Origin: the human T2T-CHM13v2.0 reference genome, Homo sapiens
Reading direction: 5' to 3' (one strand)
DNA: 64,000 nucleotides
Assembly: GCF_009914755.1 (NCBI RefSeq)
Contig: NC_060934.1
Below, one piece after another: positions 42,001 through 54,370 of the stretch (positions are counted from its first letter, which is position 1; every line of letters begins with the position of its first letter). The notes beneath the pieces were generated by a model. It searched no databases. It was not told where the DNA came from and worked only from the letters and a program-made list of their open reading frames with translations. The translations under genes and the position numbers were made by a program.

Positions 42001-43824
42001 ATAAGCAACAATCTCCCTCATCCTGAGTTGACACAATGAACTAGTAGAAAGGAAACGAACTTCTAGATTCGCTGTCCCTCTAAGTGACTTTTTCTGAATC
42101 AAAGAGAGTTTGACATATTCTTTGAGAAATATGCCAGATGGAGATTCTGTTTCCTCACCCCTGTTCCAGATACCCAGACATTCCAAATTTCTATTTTACA
42201 TACCATACAGGTAAAAGAGACAGTAGTTACTGTATTCAAGGTTAGGATTACATGTCTCTGAGATATTTCTTCCCACTTCTAACTTGGGTAAATGCTGGTA
42301 TTTCACTTTCTTTTTTTCAGAGTTAATCATGTCTAATCCCCACCCATTGTCCAAGGGATCTTTTCACCAAGGCCTTTCCCATTTGTGTCCAGCCATTTGA
42401 TCTCACCAAACTTCATCAGTAGATTTCTTCAAGAGGTTTTCATTATAATTTTATCAATTAATAGAATTCTGCTAATCAATATCAATTGCTAATTTAAAAT
42501 GAAATGAATATATTCAGAGTTACCTACTCTAACTTAAACCTATGTTTCAGATAGTTATTCTAGGTATAGTTGTTGCCAGCTATCAATTAAAAGTTAATTG
42601 ACTTCCGATTCTTCCAGATATTTAACTCCCTAAATTTGGAAGGGGGTTAGAATATTGTAATATCTACTTTCAACTCTAACACAGTGAAATCTGGACTACA
42701 GCTACTGTATGTGAGTGTAATTCTTCTCTCACCATAGAGACTCTGATAAGGTTCATTTATTTTCTCTTTGAAATTGTAGTAAAAGGAGTGGGGTATTCAT
42801 CAAAGGAAATATGTGAATAAATATGATATTTGTTATTAACAAACTGATGTTTGAACAATTCATCCAGACTGTAAGAATTAACTACTAACATAGCAATAAA
42901 TCTCTTTTGGCTGAATACTATATTTACAGGGAATAGAAAAATCAATTTTATCATTGAAACTACATTCGGATGTGAGATCAATGTAATTTTTGAATCAGCC
43001 ATTTCCTTACTCTGTCTCCAGAGAAGCTGAGATCAAAATTTACATATTATTAACTATTTAAAATAAATAAACCAAAAGGAAACTCTTGAGATTTGCTTCT
43101 GGGAAGATGGTGACAGAATTTCCGATACTTGAAAATATAAATATTTGCTTTTATCTTCTTATAGAAATCCTAAGAGTATTCCATTTCTAGCCTGTTGTAA
43201 AAAAAAAAAAAATGCCACCAAGTTTTTCTCAAGAAAATATGCAACCAAGTCTCTCTGTTTTCAGTGTGTTTCTTTTAAGCAAGTATATACAAACAAGCTT
43301 ACTCTGATAGAAAATGCATCTGTTTTCTAATCAAACAAAGAGAGAAAGCTGAAAGTGCTGATGCGTGCCGTCTGTGAATGGTTGTTAGGATGCTATGATA
43401 TGCCTACCTGAGGGGAAAAACACAGTTAATAAGGAGAGGGAGAAAAACTACTGAGTTACAAATAGATTTCAGATTAAGATGCCACTCAGAATAGTTCTCA
43501 AATGCCACAAGCGTTAAGACAATAGAATAGATATACAAAGAGTAGACAATTGCCTCTCTCAATAGTACCCTTATATTTACTTTGCTCTATGCAGTTTTCA
43601 TTTACTATGTTGTCTTAATGTCCTGACTAACTAAGCAACTGTCCCTCCTCTTTTCTCCTTTAAAGAATCTCACATTTAGACAGATTATATGATCACCTTA
43701 ATTATGTATAATAATGTAGAAAAGTTACTTGATAACTTTAGCTTTACATCAAAAACTCTGATTTTCTAACCCTAAAATTTGATACCTAGCATGAAAGATA
43801 GTCCCTTTAACAAAGTATTTGGTT

Positions 43825-44266
43825 TGAGAGGGTTAAATATTGTGCTCTTCTGGAATATTGACTATTTAAGAAAAGGCACTTGAAAAATAGCAGGTGTAAG
43901 AAAAACACTTTGATCTTCATACTGTTTCTTAAAAGCAGAAGATGAAATTACTGTGTGAAAGAAACCCTTTCTATACTTGACATACGTAGCATCCTTTTCC
44001 TCAAGGACAAGAAGTTGAAATTAAGAGAATTCGGTACAGACTTTGCTAGAATAACTTATCTTTTAAACCTCCACATATTTTAGTCATGTTTTCACTGTTT
44101 AGTATTCCTTGTCCAATTTAGTATATAAGTAACTGACTCTGGTTCTTCTGATCTTCAGTTCTTTATGAGGGTTCCCAAGCCTTATAAAACTTTTCTTAAG
44201 TCAATGTAATTCTTGGACCCAACAAGAAACTGAAGAGGATAGAAGTGGAAGTCTTCTGCCCGTACA
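43825..44266 (+). mobile_element. MER34-family (ERV1) solo LTR
   Basis: TG...CA termini (tgagagggtt ... ttctgcccgtaca); 4-bp TSD ggtt / ggct; TATA-like tatataag at about 44122. Confidence 0.75.
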
Positions 44267-45419
44267 GGCTCTTTTTGACCTCTCATTTGAACATGTTCTG
44301 GCATTCAATACTCTCAAATAAGGAACTCAAAATTACACTGTCCATCTCACTATGAAAGTCGTTGTGAATGTTACTCCAAAATAGGAAGAATATCTTGAAA
44401 AGAACACACTGGGAAACAGCATACATCTATAGATTTCAAGACATAGAAGGAAGGATAGCCAAAATGCATTTCAATGATCTTTTCCTTGGTCAACTCCAAG
44501 TAAATTTGTTTATATCTATAGCACTGAAAAAAAGTACGGATACTTTTTGCAAACACCAAGAGTTCACTAGGCCATTTAGTCTACGCTCTTCTCTCTTAAA
44601 TTTTTCTCTAGTCCTAATTAGTTATTCCTTTCAAATGTTTCAGACTTCTAATTATAAGAAATGGCTTTCACCTCATTGCTGGCACTTTAAGGTTTCTGCA
44701 CTGTGACTCAAGTTACAATTCTTTAAGAAAGCATCCAAAAGGAACTTGCTAGCCAAAATTTCCTTTTCTTCTCTGAATTTCTAATTCTATTTCTACAGTA
44801 GACCACGAATGGCATCCTAATCCCAGAGTATTAAAATATTAAGAAAACAAATATCTTCTGTTGCATTTTTCATTATCATTATTTCTGGTCTTCTGCATTT
44901 TCAATTCTTTATTCCGGAAGGTGATAAACATACAAACCTCAACCTTGATCATACAGATTTCAAAGCCATTGCTTATTCCTGAATACCAATATCCACAAGC
45001 TCTCACTCTACCTCAGTGTCCAGTAAGTACAAATCAACATTTATAACCATTGTTCTGCACATATCCTAGTGATACTGATGAATAATTTGAGGCTGAAGAA
45101 ACTGTTTTTCTATTTTCTAATTAGATAATTTTATTTTATCTGCTGTCAAATCTATCTGGAGATACACGGGCAGCCTTAAAATACTTATGCTAAGAAAAGT
45201 TTCATAAATAATTTGGCAGTTATGTTTTCTATGTTTACTTGTCAATTTTCATGGGCTCAGTAAGTGCAGCTAACAGCTTTTTAAAAATCCTAGCTTTAAT
45301 ATAATATTTTATAGTCACATTAACGGATCAATATACAATTGAAATATTATAAAATCCATGAACAACCATTTACTTACCTACACAATTAATGTTATGTAAA
45401 TATGTATATTACACACATA

Positions 45420-45433
45420 TGTGTGTGTGTATA

Positions 45434-45473
<40 letters not shown>
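45420..45473. repeat. (TG)n microsatellite
   Basis: Direct reading. Confidence 0.95.
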
Positions 45474-45476
<3 letters not shown>

Positions 45477-46289
45477 GAAGTAGAGAAAGCCAATGCTACC
45501 TAAACCAGAAGCTAATAATTTTAAAAGAAGTAAAGACAAAATGTGTATTCATCCTGTTATTTCCTTTTAAACTCTTGTGAAAATCTTTTCCATCACAGCT
45601 CCTTAGTTTTCTGTGCTCTCTTCCAAATAGTAAATAATATTATTTATGGATTGAGGCTGTTTGTGAATATGAGCATTGTGTTGTGGGTCTGATAGTGGAA
45701 GTCTGGTTATAATGTCTAAGATCAGGATGTGCATATTTAAAATCTGAACAGTAAAAGAGCAGTCTTTTCTTTAGGGAAATGCTTCTAGTACAGACATGCA
45801 TAGATTTACAAATCATTACAAAAGAAATACTAAGGTATCAATTCCAGAAATTTTCATTGTGATGTATTACTCATCCTAGTTTTTATTTTTCAAAGTCTTG
45901 CATGTCAAGTCTAAACAGAGAACATACATTGTTAGGATGTATCATTTGTAGCAATGGGAAGAATTAGTAAAGAATCTGATATAACCTATACAGTTGAATA
46001 AAATCTTTATACCAGTGATAGCAGTACTACAAAAGATTAATATGCTTTGAGCTTCAGTGAATCTAAGGAGAAATATATCAAGTTAAACTCTAAGCAAATA
46101 ATTTTATAGCAGAAAATAATTTTTGGGAGATCAAAATTGCTATTGAATCAAAACTGCAAATTTTACTATATTATCTACTTCAGTTTGTATTCTAGTGTAA
46201 AGTACTTAGATTTTCTTCTTTATTTTAACTCCATATCCAAGAGACATTTACACAGAAGAACTGTATATGAAAGTTTCTTTTTCTTGAGA

Positions 46290-46450
46290 TATGCCAATGT
46301 CCTTTTCACCTCAGGGTCTTTGCACATACTGTTATTTTTCTTGAACATTCAGACCATTACATGACTGCCTCCTTTTCATCATTTAGCTCAAATGACACCT
46401 CCTGAGGTAGGCCTTTCCTCATTACTCTATTAAACAGGAGATGCCTCTTC
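46290..46450 (+). mobile_element. L2 fragment
   Basis: cctcagggtctttgcacatactgtt ... tagctcaaatgacacctcctgaggtaggccttt. Confidence 0.75.
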
Positions 46451-46451
46451 A

Positions 46452-49400
46452 CTCTTGTCAGAGAAGATTAAATCTGCATTGCCTTAGAAAACTGCAATGG
46501 CTTCCCCTGAAGCAGTTGTCATGCAAGATCATGTTGATTTTCCTCAGGACTCATCCTCACCACCATTTTTCCTTCTAGAATTATAACTAGACTCACGTCT
46601 CAGCAGTCCCCTACAGGTGAGGTACAAAGTGTGACCCAGGAGGTATACTACACTCAAAGATAACTACTTGAGTTTTCTAATTTGTACATAAATAGTGAAT
46701 ATGTGTGGGAATGGATAGTGAAAATGTGGGATAGTGGTGGAAGGACTATGAAGTTAGGTCTGGCTGAATTTATTGATATAGGCTCTCTAAGCAGAGATCC
46801 TGAATTTAATGTGGCAGCTTGAAGAGATAGGAAGAACTCTAACAATTTGGTTGGTTGGCTGAAACATTGGTCAAAATGGGATTCACAAATGGTATACAGC
46901 AATTTGGAAATGCTGGATCTGCCTTGGTTTAATGTAGGAGAGAGGGTTGAATGGCTTAGGAAGATGGGAATGTTAGAGTGAATTTGTGATTCAAGATATA
47001 TTCACCCTCACTGGAAGCAGCCAGAAGACATACCTTTCATCATGACTGTGGAAAATATATTTGTGAGGGGAACCCTAGCATCCTTGAAGAGTTCTGTGGT
47101 CACTCTTGTCTGTAGGCATGCCTTATAATGGGAATCACGCTCACTGAATTGGAAAACCTAAATGCTGTGGAAGTAACTGGATTCTGGGTACAGCAGGGGC
47201 CAAGTTGTGGTGCTCAACTACAAAGGCAAGGTTGGCTTGGACAGCAGAGTCAAAGCAGCAGTCAAAATAATCTGACTTTTGCAGACCTATGGTCTCAGCT
47301 AGTTGAATATGGTGTTCCTAGAAGTGAAATAGTTAGGAATCCTACTAAATTACTACTTAATTTATGTAAGAAGAAAAGTTGTAGGTCAAGTGCACAAAAA
47401 TCTAACCTGAATCATAGGGAGGGAGAGTCATAATCCATCAATCAGTTCCCAGATTTGAGCCAGTTTACAGACCCAGAATCCCTTAAATGAAGGGTAGGCT
47501 GGTCTAGCCAGGTACGCTGCTAAAACATTTATACTGTTAATCTTTCTCCAAGTCTTCCTCAATAAACTTATGGCCTTCTACCAGAGTAACTCTATATTTG
47601 GAAAAAGAAAGTAATCAGATCTTTCAAGGACTACTGGACACTGGCTCTGAACTGTCACTAATTCCAGGAGACCCAAACAGTCACTAAGGTCCATAGTCAG
47701 AGTACGGGCTTTGGGAAGTCAGGTGAGCAAAGGTTTAGCGCACGTTTATCTTACAATGGATCCAGCGGCTTCCCAAACCCATCCTTTGGTTATTTATCCA
47801 GTTCTGAAATGCATAATTGGAATACATATATTCAGCAGCTGGCTAAATGTCCATATTGGTTTTCTTACCTGTGGACTGAGGACTATTATGGTAAAAAGGG
47901 CTAAGTGGAAGCCACTATACCTGCCTAGGAAACCAGGAAAACAAAAATGAAAACAAACACAAATACAAAAGAAAAACTGCAATTCCTAAGGAATTGTCTA
48001 GATTAATGCCGCCATCAAGGATTTGAAAGATGTAGGGGTTGTGATCCCCACCACATACCTATGAGGACTGTGCAGAAAAAAAAAGAAAAAGTGGATCTTG
48101 GAGAATGACCATTATTTTTGAACACTTAACCAAGTAATGACTTTAATTGCTGCTACTATACCAAATGTGGTTTCATTGCTTGAGCAAACTAACACATCTC
48201 CTGATCTTGGTATGCATGTGTTGATATTGCAAATAAATTTTTATCCATCCTTGTCAATTATAACCACTTGAAGTATTTTGCTCAGGGCACAAGACCAGCA
48301 ATACACCTTAAGGTCCCACCTAGACGTATATCAACTCTCCATCACTATGTCATAATTTAGTTTTCAAGCATCTCGATTGTCTTTCCCTTCCATAAGATAT
48401 CACACTGGTACATTACATTATGTTGATTGGAATTAGAGACCAGGAATTAGCCACTACTCTAGACTTATTGGTAAGACATTTGTGTGTCAGAGGATGGGAA
48501 ATAAATGTGAAAAATATTCAGGAGGCTTCTACCTCAGTGAAATTTTTAGGGTACAAATGCTATGGGGTATGTCAAGATATTCCTTTTAAGGTAAAGGATA
48601 AACTGCACCTGGCCCCTCCTAATACCAAAAAAGAAGCACAATGACTAATGTGTCTTTTTGGACGCTAAAGATAAAGATAATGTTTTTTCTCATTTGAGTG
48701 TGTTACAATAACTTCTTCACCAGATGTCACCAAAAGCTGCTAGTTTGGGATGAGGCTCAGAACAAAAGAAGGTTCTACAGCAGGTCTAGGCTGCTGTGTA
48801 AGCTCCTCTGCCACTTGAAGCATTTAATTCAGCAGATCCAATCATATTTGAAGTATCAGAGATGTTTGGAGCATTTGGAAGGCCCCTGCAGGTAAATTAC
48901 AGTGAAGCCTCTTAGGATTTTCGAGCAAAGCCCTTCCATTCTCTATGGATAATTACTACCATTTTGAGAAATAGCTATTGGCCTGCTACTGTGACTTAGT
49001 AGAGATTGAACACTTAATCATGGGCCACCAAGTTACCATGTGACCTGAGCTGCCTATTATCAACTGAGCATTGTGTGACTCACCAAATCAGAAAATTAAG
49101 TGTGCACCTCTTTATTAAGTAGAAGTGATATATACATGATTGAGTCCAAAGAAGTCCTGAGTCACTACTAAGTTACATGAAGTAGCCTAAATGCTCATAA
49201 TTCCTGTGCCTGCTACTCATCCTTCTCTCTCCAATCTTATACCTATGGCTTCATATAATCAGTTGACAGAGGAAAAGAAAACTTGGACTTAGTTTACAGA
49301 TGATTCTGCACTATGTGGTAGTGCACACTACATGTCTACACTCAAAAGTAGACATTTGTACACTATACCCCTTTACTGGTACAACCTTTTAGGACAGTAG

Positions 49401-50725
49401 TGAAGGCAAACTCTCCCAGTGGACAAAACTTTGAGAAATGCATCTGGTTGGTTACTTTGCTGGAAGGAGAAATGGCCAGACTAGTGATTATATACTACTT
49501 CATGATCTTTGCCAGTGGTTTGACTGGATGGTCGACTGGGGAGTATCATGATAGAAAAGTTGGTGACAAGAAAATTTAGGGAACAAGTATGTAGATAGAC
49601 CTCTGTTAATGAGACAACAATGTAATATTTTGTCCATGTGAATATTCACCAAAAGGTAGCATCATCAAAGGAATATTTCACTAATCAAGTGGATAGGATG
49701 AACTATTTGGTTGAAACCATTTAGCCTGTTTCCCCAGTCACTCCTCTCATTGCCCGTGAACAAAGTGGCCATAATTGTAGGGATGGAGGTTACAGATGGA
49801 ATCAGCAATATGAACTTCCACTCACCAAGCCTGACTTGATTGCTCAGTCTACCAGTAGCAGAGGACAACATTGAGACCCTGATATGGTGCCATTCCCTGG
49901 AGTAAGCAACTGGCTGCCTGAGGGCAGGCTGATTACATTGGACGAATTTCATCATGGAAGTAGCAGTATTTTGTTCTTATAGTAATAGACACTTACTATG
50001 AATATGGATTTCCTTCCCTGCATGCAGTGCTTCTTTCCAAACTACCATGACAGGCTTACAAATGCCTTATACACTATCACAGTATACCACACATCATTGC
50101 TTGTAATCAAATAATTTACTTCCTAGCAATGGATGTCAGCAGTGGGCCCATGCTTATGGGATCCAATGGTCTTACCATATTCTCCACGACCCAGAAGCAA
50201 TTGGATTGATAGAATGGTGGAATCGCCTATTAAAAACTCTGCTGCAGCACCAGCTAGGTGGCAATATCTTGCAGAACTGCGACAAATTCTCCAGAAGGCT
50301 GTATGTGTTCTGAATCAGCATTCAATATACGGTGCTGTTTTTACCATAGCAGAATTTATGGCTCCAGGAACCAAGGAGTGTAAATGAGAGTGACAGAGTT
50401 CACTATTACCTATCTGTAGTGACTCAGTAGCAAAATGGTTGCTTCCTGTTTTCATGACTTTATCATATGAGATGTACTGACTTTGTTTCATAGTATTTAA
50501 TGCTAATTTTACATCATAGTATTTAAGTTAGGGGATATCGAGAAGAGTGAACATTACTCAAGGACTTTGCTTCCTCTTTCTGGGAAGGGATTAGTGCAAT
50601 TTTTGGTTGTATACAGGATAGTTGTATCCTGTCAGGCAGAATTATGACCTTGCTATTGTCTTTATTTGAAAATTAAATATGGTTTTAAAAGATACATATG
50701 GGTGCCACATTGACAGGAATAAACT
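46452..50725 (+). mobile_element. ERV-L (MLT2-associated) internal region: partial gag, pro, RT, RNase H, IN; 5' LTR missing; heavily disrupted
   Basis: Protease FQGLLDTGSELSLIPGDP (DTG at 47637-47645); RT ITLVHYI-MLIG...LDLLVRHL...GWEIN...SVKFLG; IN QADYIG at about 49924; MLT2 LTR follows. Confidence 0.92.
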
Positions 50726-51194
50726 TATAATAGCTAATTTTATGTGTTGGTTTGACTAGGCCATGGGGTGCCCAGATATGCAGACAAATATTATTGAGTA
50801 TATCTGCAAGGATATTCTAGATGAGATTGATATTTAAATTCATAGAGTGAGTAAAGCAGATTGTTCTCTCTAAAGTAGGAAGCCCTTATCCAGTCAATTG
50901 AAGACCTGAATAGCACAAAAAAGTTGATTACGGGAGGATTCCTATTGCCTGGCTATCTGAGCCGGGCCGTTGGTCTTTTCTTGCTTTTAAATTCAAACGG
51001 AAACATGGGCTTTTCTTGGGTATTGAGCTTGCCAGCTTGTGGACTGAAGCTTAAACTATCAGTTCTCCTGGTTCTCATGCCTTTGGACTCAAACTGGAAC
51101 TAAACTTCAGCTTTTCTGTGTCTCCAGCTTGCCAGCTGCAGATATTGACACTTATCAGCCCCCATAATAATGTGAGCCAATTTATTGTAATGTA

Positions 51195-51228
<34 letters not shown>

Positions 51229-51230
51229 AT

Positions 51231-51484
51231 TGAACATTACTCAAGGACTTTGCTTCCTTTTTCTGGGAAGGGATTGCTCTATCTGTCTCTGTCAATATTG
51301 AGTATTACTCAAGGACTTTGCTTCCTCTTTCTGGGAAGGGATTAGTGCAATTTTTGGTTGTATACAGGATAGTTGTATCCTGTCAGGCAGAATTATGACC
51401 TTGCTATTGTCTTTATTTGAAAATTAAATATGGTTTAAAAACATACATATGGATGCCACATTGACAAGGAATAAACTTATAATA
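51231..51484 (+). repeat. Direct duplications of the ERV-L 3' internal segment 50548-50732 (45-bp copy 51231-51275; ~185-bp copy 51299-51484)
   Basis: Near-identical text tactcaaggactttgcttcctctttctgggaagggattagtgcaa...ggaataaacttataata. Confidence 0.95.
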
Positions 51485-51514
51485 TTGAGAGAGAGAGAAC
51501 GAGAGCACTATATA

Positions 51515-52184
51515 CAGCTAAGATAGTCATGGAATGGACATGATGACTCTATTAGTCAATGTTATCTAGAGAAACATATGATGAGAGAGAAATGATAAGA
51601 AATTGGCTCACACCATTCTTATAGAGGCTGAGAAGTCTCAGTATCTGCAGCTGGCAAGCTAGAGACACAGGAGAGATGAAATGTAGTTGCAGTTTGAGTC
51701 CAAAGGCATGAGAAGCAGGAGAACTGGTAGAGTAAGATTCAGTCCAAAAGCTGGCAGGCTCAATACCCAAGAAAAGACAATGTTTCTATTTGAAACATTG
51801 AAAAGGAGTCCTCTTAATCAACTTTATTTGTGTTATTCACCTCTTCAATTGATTGGATAAGGGCTACCTACACTAGAGAGAACAATCTGCTTTCCTCACT
51901 CCATGAATTTAAATATTAATCTTATCTAGAACATCCTTGCAGATACACTTAATAACATTTGTGGGTATATCTGGGCACCCCATAGCCTAGTCAAATCAAA
52001 ATATTAAATTAGCTATTATAAGTTCATCCTCTGTCAACGTGGCACCCATGTATCTCCTTAAACCATACTTAATTGTCAAATAAAGACAATAGCAAGGTCA
52101 TAATTCTGCCTGATGTGATACAACTATCCTGTGGCAACCAAAAATGCACTAACCCCTTCCCTAGAAGAGGAAGCAAAGTCCTTG
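51515..52184 (-). repeat. Inverted copy of ERV-L 3' internal end, whole LTR and 33 bp of downstream flank
   Basis: Reverse complement aligns by eye with 50559-51190 and with about 52240-52304. Confidence 0.92.
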
Positions 52185-52699
52185 GTTGGATGAGGGCTAC
52201 CTACTTTGAATATCATGGATGTGTATATATACACACTTTTTCTATTCCTCTAGATAACCTTGACTAATACAGTCATTATGTCCATACCCTGACTATCTTA
52301 GCTGAAATGGAGATTACCAGTCAACACTTGTATTGCCCCTGATTTGTTTATTCAATATACTTGCTAAAATCCAAAAAATATGAATTTACTTATTATTTGT
52401 CTACATCAAATGTAATGTAATCACTATGGGAATAAGTGCTTTGTATCTCCTTTTACATCACAGAATAGATTGCATAACATAAAAGCAATGCTCAAAAATT
52501 ACATGTTAACCTAGTTTTGATTAAAACATTCTGTAGACTTCAAAAGGTTCTATTTTTGCATATATGTTCTCTGTCTTTATAAATAAATACATAATATTAA
52601 CTTAAAAATAATGGATGTAATGACTTTGAAAATTCTGAGATTCACCCGATGGTAAATTATGCTAAACTCAATAAATGGCTTTCAAGCAAATATAGAATC

Positions 52700-53760
52700 C
52701 AGGGCACTGGCAGGAAGTATGGTCCAAAATTGTAGCCAAAAAGATAACTGTAAAATTTTCCATGTATTGCAGAAAGATCAAATGTGGTGCTTTGAAATGC
52801 CATTTAGTTAGACAAACTGTCCTCTAAAATATAAAGTATATGATACACAGATAACTCAGTCGAACAATGGAACCTGCAGGAAGCTCACAACATTGATCTA
52901 CAGCCTTCTCAACAAAAGTTCAAGGAAGAGAAAAGCATATTTCTGAAAAGGTTACTGAGTTAGCCTTTGTGTATGAATCTCAGTAAGATTCACAGTAAAC
53001 CTACAAAAATTTGAAGGTAAATTACATATGTAAAAATATTGATAATTTAAACTGAATAAGCCAGAGCCATTTTAAAGTGGGCTACCCGTACTTCTTCAAG
53101 GAGATAGCAGACTGAGTAAACTACTCAGACTAAAATATGTTCTATCTTTTTAAAAAAGGAGGGATATTTCAAATGATAGAACTGAGGCCAGACAGTGGAA
53201 TCAAGAAATAGTCATTAATGGATAGGAGTAGGATTAAATCCTCATCAAAAAAAGAAAAAAATTAACATTTTCCCAGCTAGATTTCAGAACTCTCATTGAC
53301 TGCTGACTTCTATATGTCTCCCTTTTTCCTCTATTGAATCAGAGTGCCTGTGATGATTATTCTATGCCTGTCTCATCATTTTATGATGGATGTGTGAAAG
53401 ATAGGTAAGGTAAGTTGTTTCTTTAGTTTCAAAGGTCTTCAAATCAAGACAAACCATACTCAAGGAGTTGTATTTGCAGCTAGACCTGATTTAAATGACA
53501 AGATTCTAGACTTCATGCTAATGCTGTAATGAGATGAAGCTTTGGTAGACTTAGGATACAATTAGAGAGGTGTGTGCATTACTCGGAGCCAGAGAGCAAT
53601 CTACAATAACTGGCCTCTAAGAAGGACCCTAATGAACACCTCCTGGTATTCATTCACTGGTATAGTTTCCTCCCACAATGTACCAGCGTTCATCTATAAG
53701 ACCAATGGAATATGCCAGTAGTGATGGTATGTCATTTCTAAGATGATGCTTTGTGGCACT
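52700..53760 (+). mobile_element. MLT1F-like internal 3' region plus start of its LTR (from about 53602)
   Basis: cccagctagatttcagaac; ggagccagagagcaatc boundary; cctcctggtattca...gaccaatggaatatgccagtagtgatggtatgtcatttctaagat. Confidence 0.7.
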
Positions 53761-54172
53761 CAAGGGTGAGCCTTCTGGGAAACATAGGGTTTTGGATTTG
53801 AAAACTTAGAAACTGAAGCAACTTTTATTCTGATAGTTTCATGCTCTCATTACTGATTCTCTCTATATATTTCTGATAATTGATTTAATTAAATATCTTC
53901 TTCTCACCATACAATTTTTTCATATTTTACTATTGATAATGATTTTAACACTACAGAAGTGGTCTATTTATCTATCTGCCTATTTATCTATGTCTCTATA
54001 AGTTCATAAATGTGTGTTGGGGGAGTGTATGTATATGTGTGCTTGTAAGTTCATGGATGAATTACAAACTTTCATATGTGCATTTCAGTTTAATCAGGAA
54101 TTAGGAAATTTAATTTTGGACATTTTAACCCCTCTATTACTATGAAAAGATCCACATTTTCATTTTCATGTA

Positions 54173-54243
54173 TTCTCTCTCTTTCTTTGTCCCTCTCTGT
54201 CACACATGCACACACACATACACAAACACACACACACACCACA
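54173..54243. repeat. (TC)n/(CA)n compound microsatellite
   Basis: Direct reading. Confidence 0.85.
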
Positions 54244-54370
54244 TTCTTAACAATTCTTCATTTGTGTAGATTTGTGTATTGCCCCCTCCTTGGTTTCGTG
54301 TCTCTAAACTATTTACTTAAACATTAAATTAGTTAATTTAATTGTGTTCCCCCTCTATAATTTCCATATA

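Larger units (their letters stand above)
50726..52271 (+). mobile_element. MLT2 3' LTR of the ERV-L, split into 50726-51225 and about 52205-52271
   Basis: tataatagctaattttatgtg...gactaggccatggggtgcccagata; terminus ttcctctagataaccttgactaataca at 52271. Confidence 0.88.

Noticed and set aside
42295-42330. Strong plus-strand acceptor tttcactttctttttttcag (also at about 35170 and 62585)
   Set aside because: No convincing donor at exon distance; isolated acceptors are common
47128-50387. Possible domesticated ERV-L gag/pol gene
   Set aside because: Many stops and frameshifts, longest pieces about 100 aa, and the RT catalytic motif is deleted
51548-52020. Independent second MLT2/ERV-L insertion
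   Set aside because: Carries the first LTR's downstream flank and shared variants, and has no TSD; better explained as local duplication
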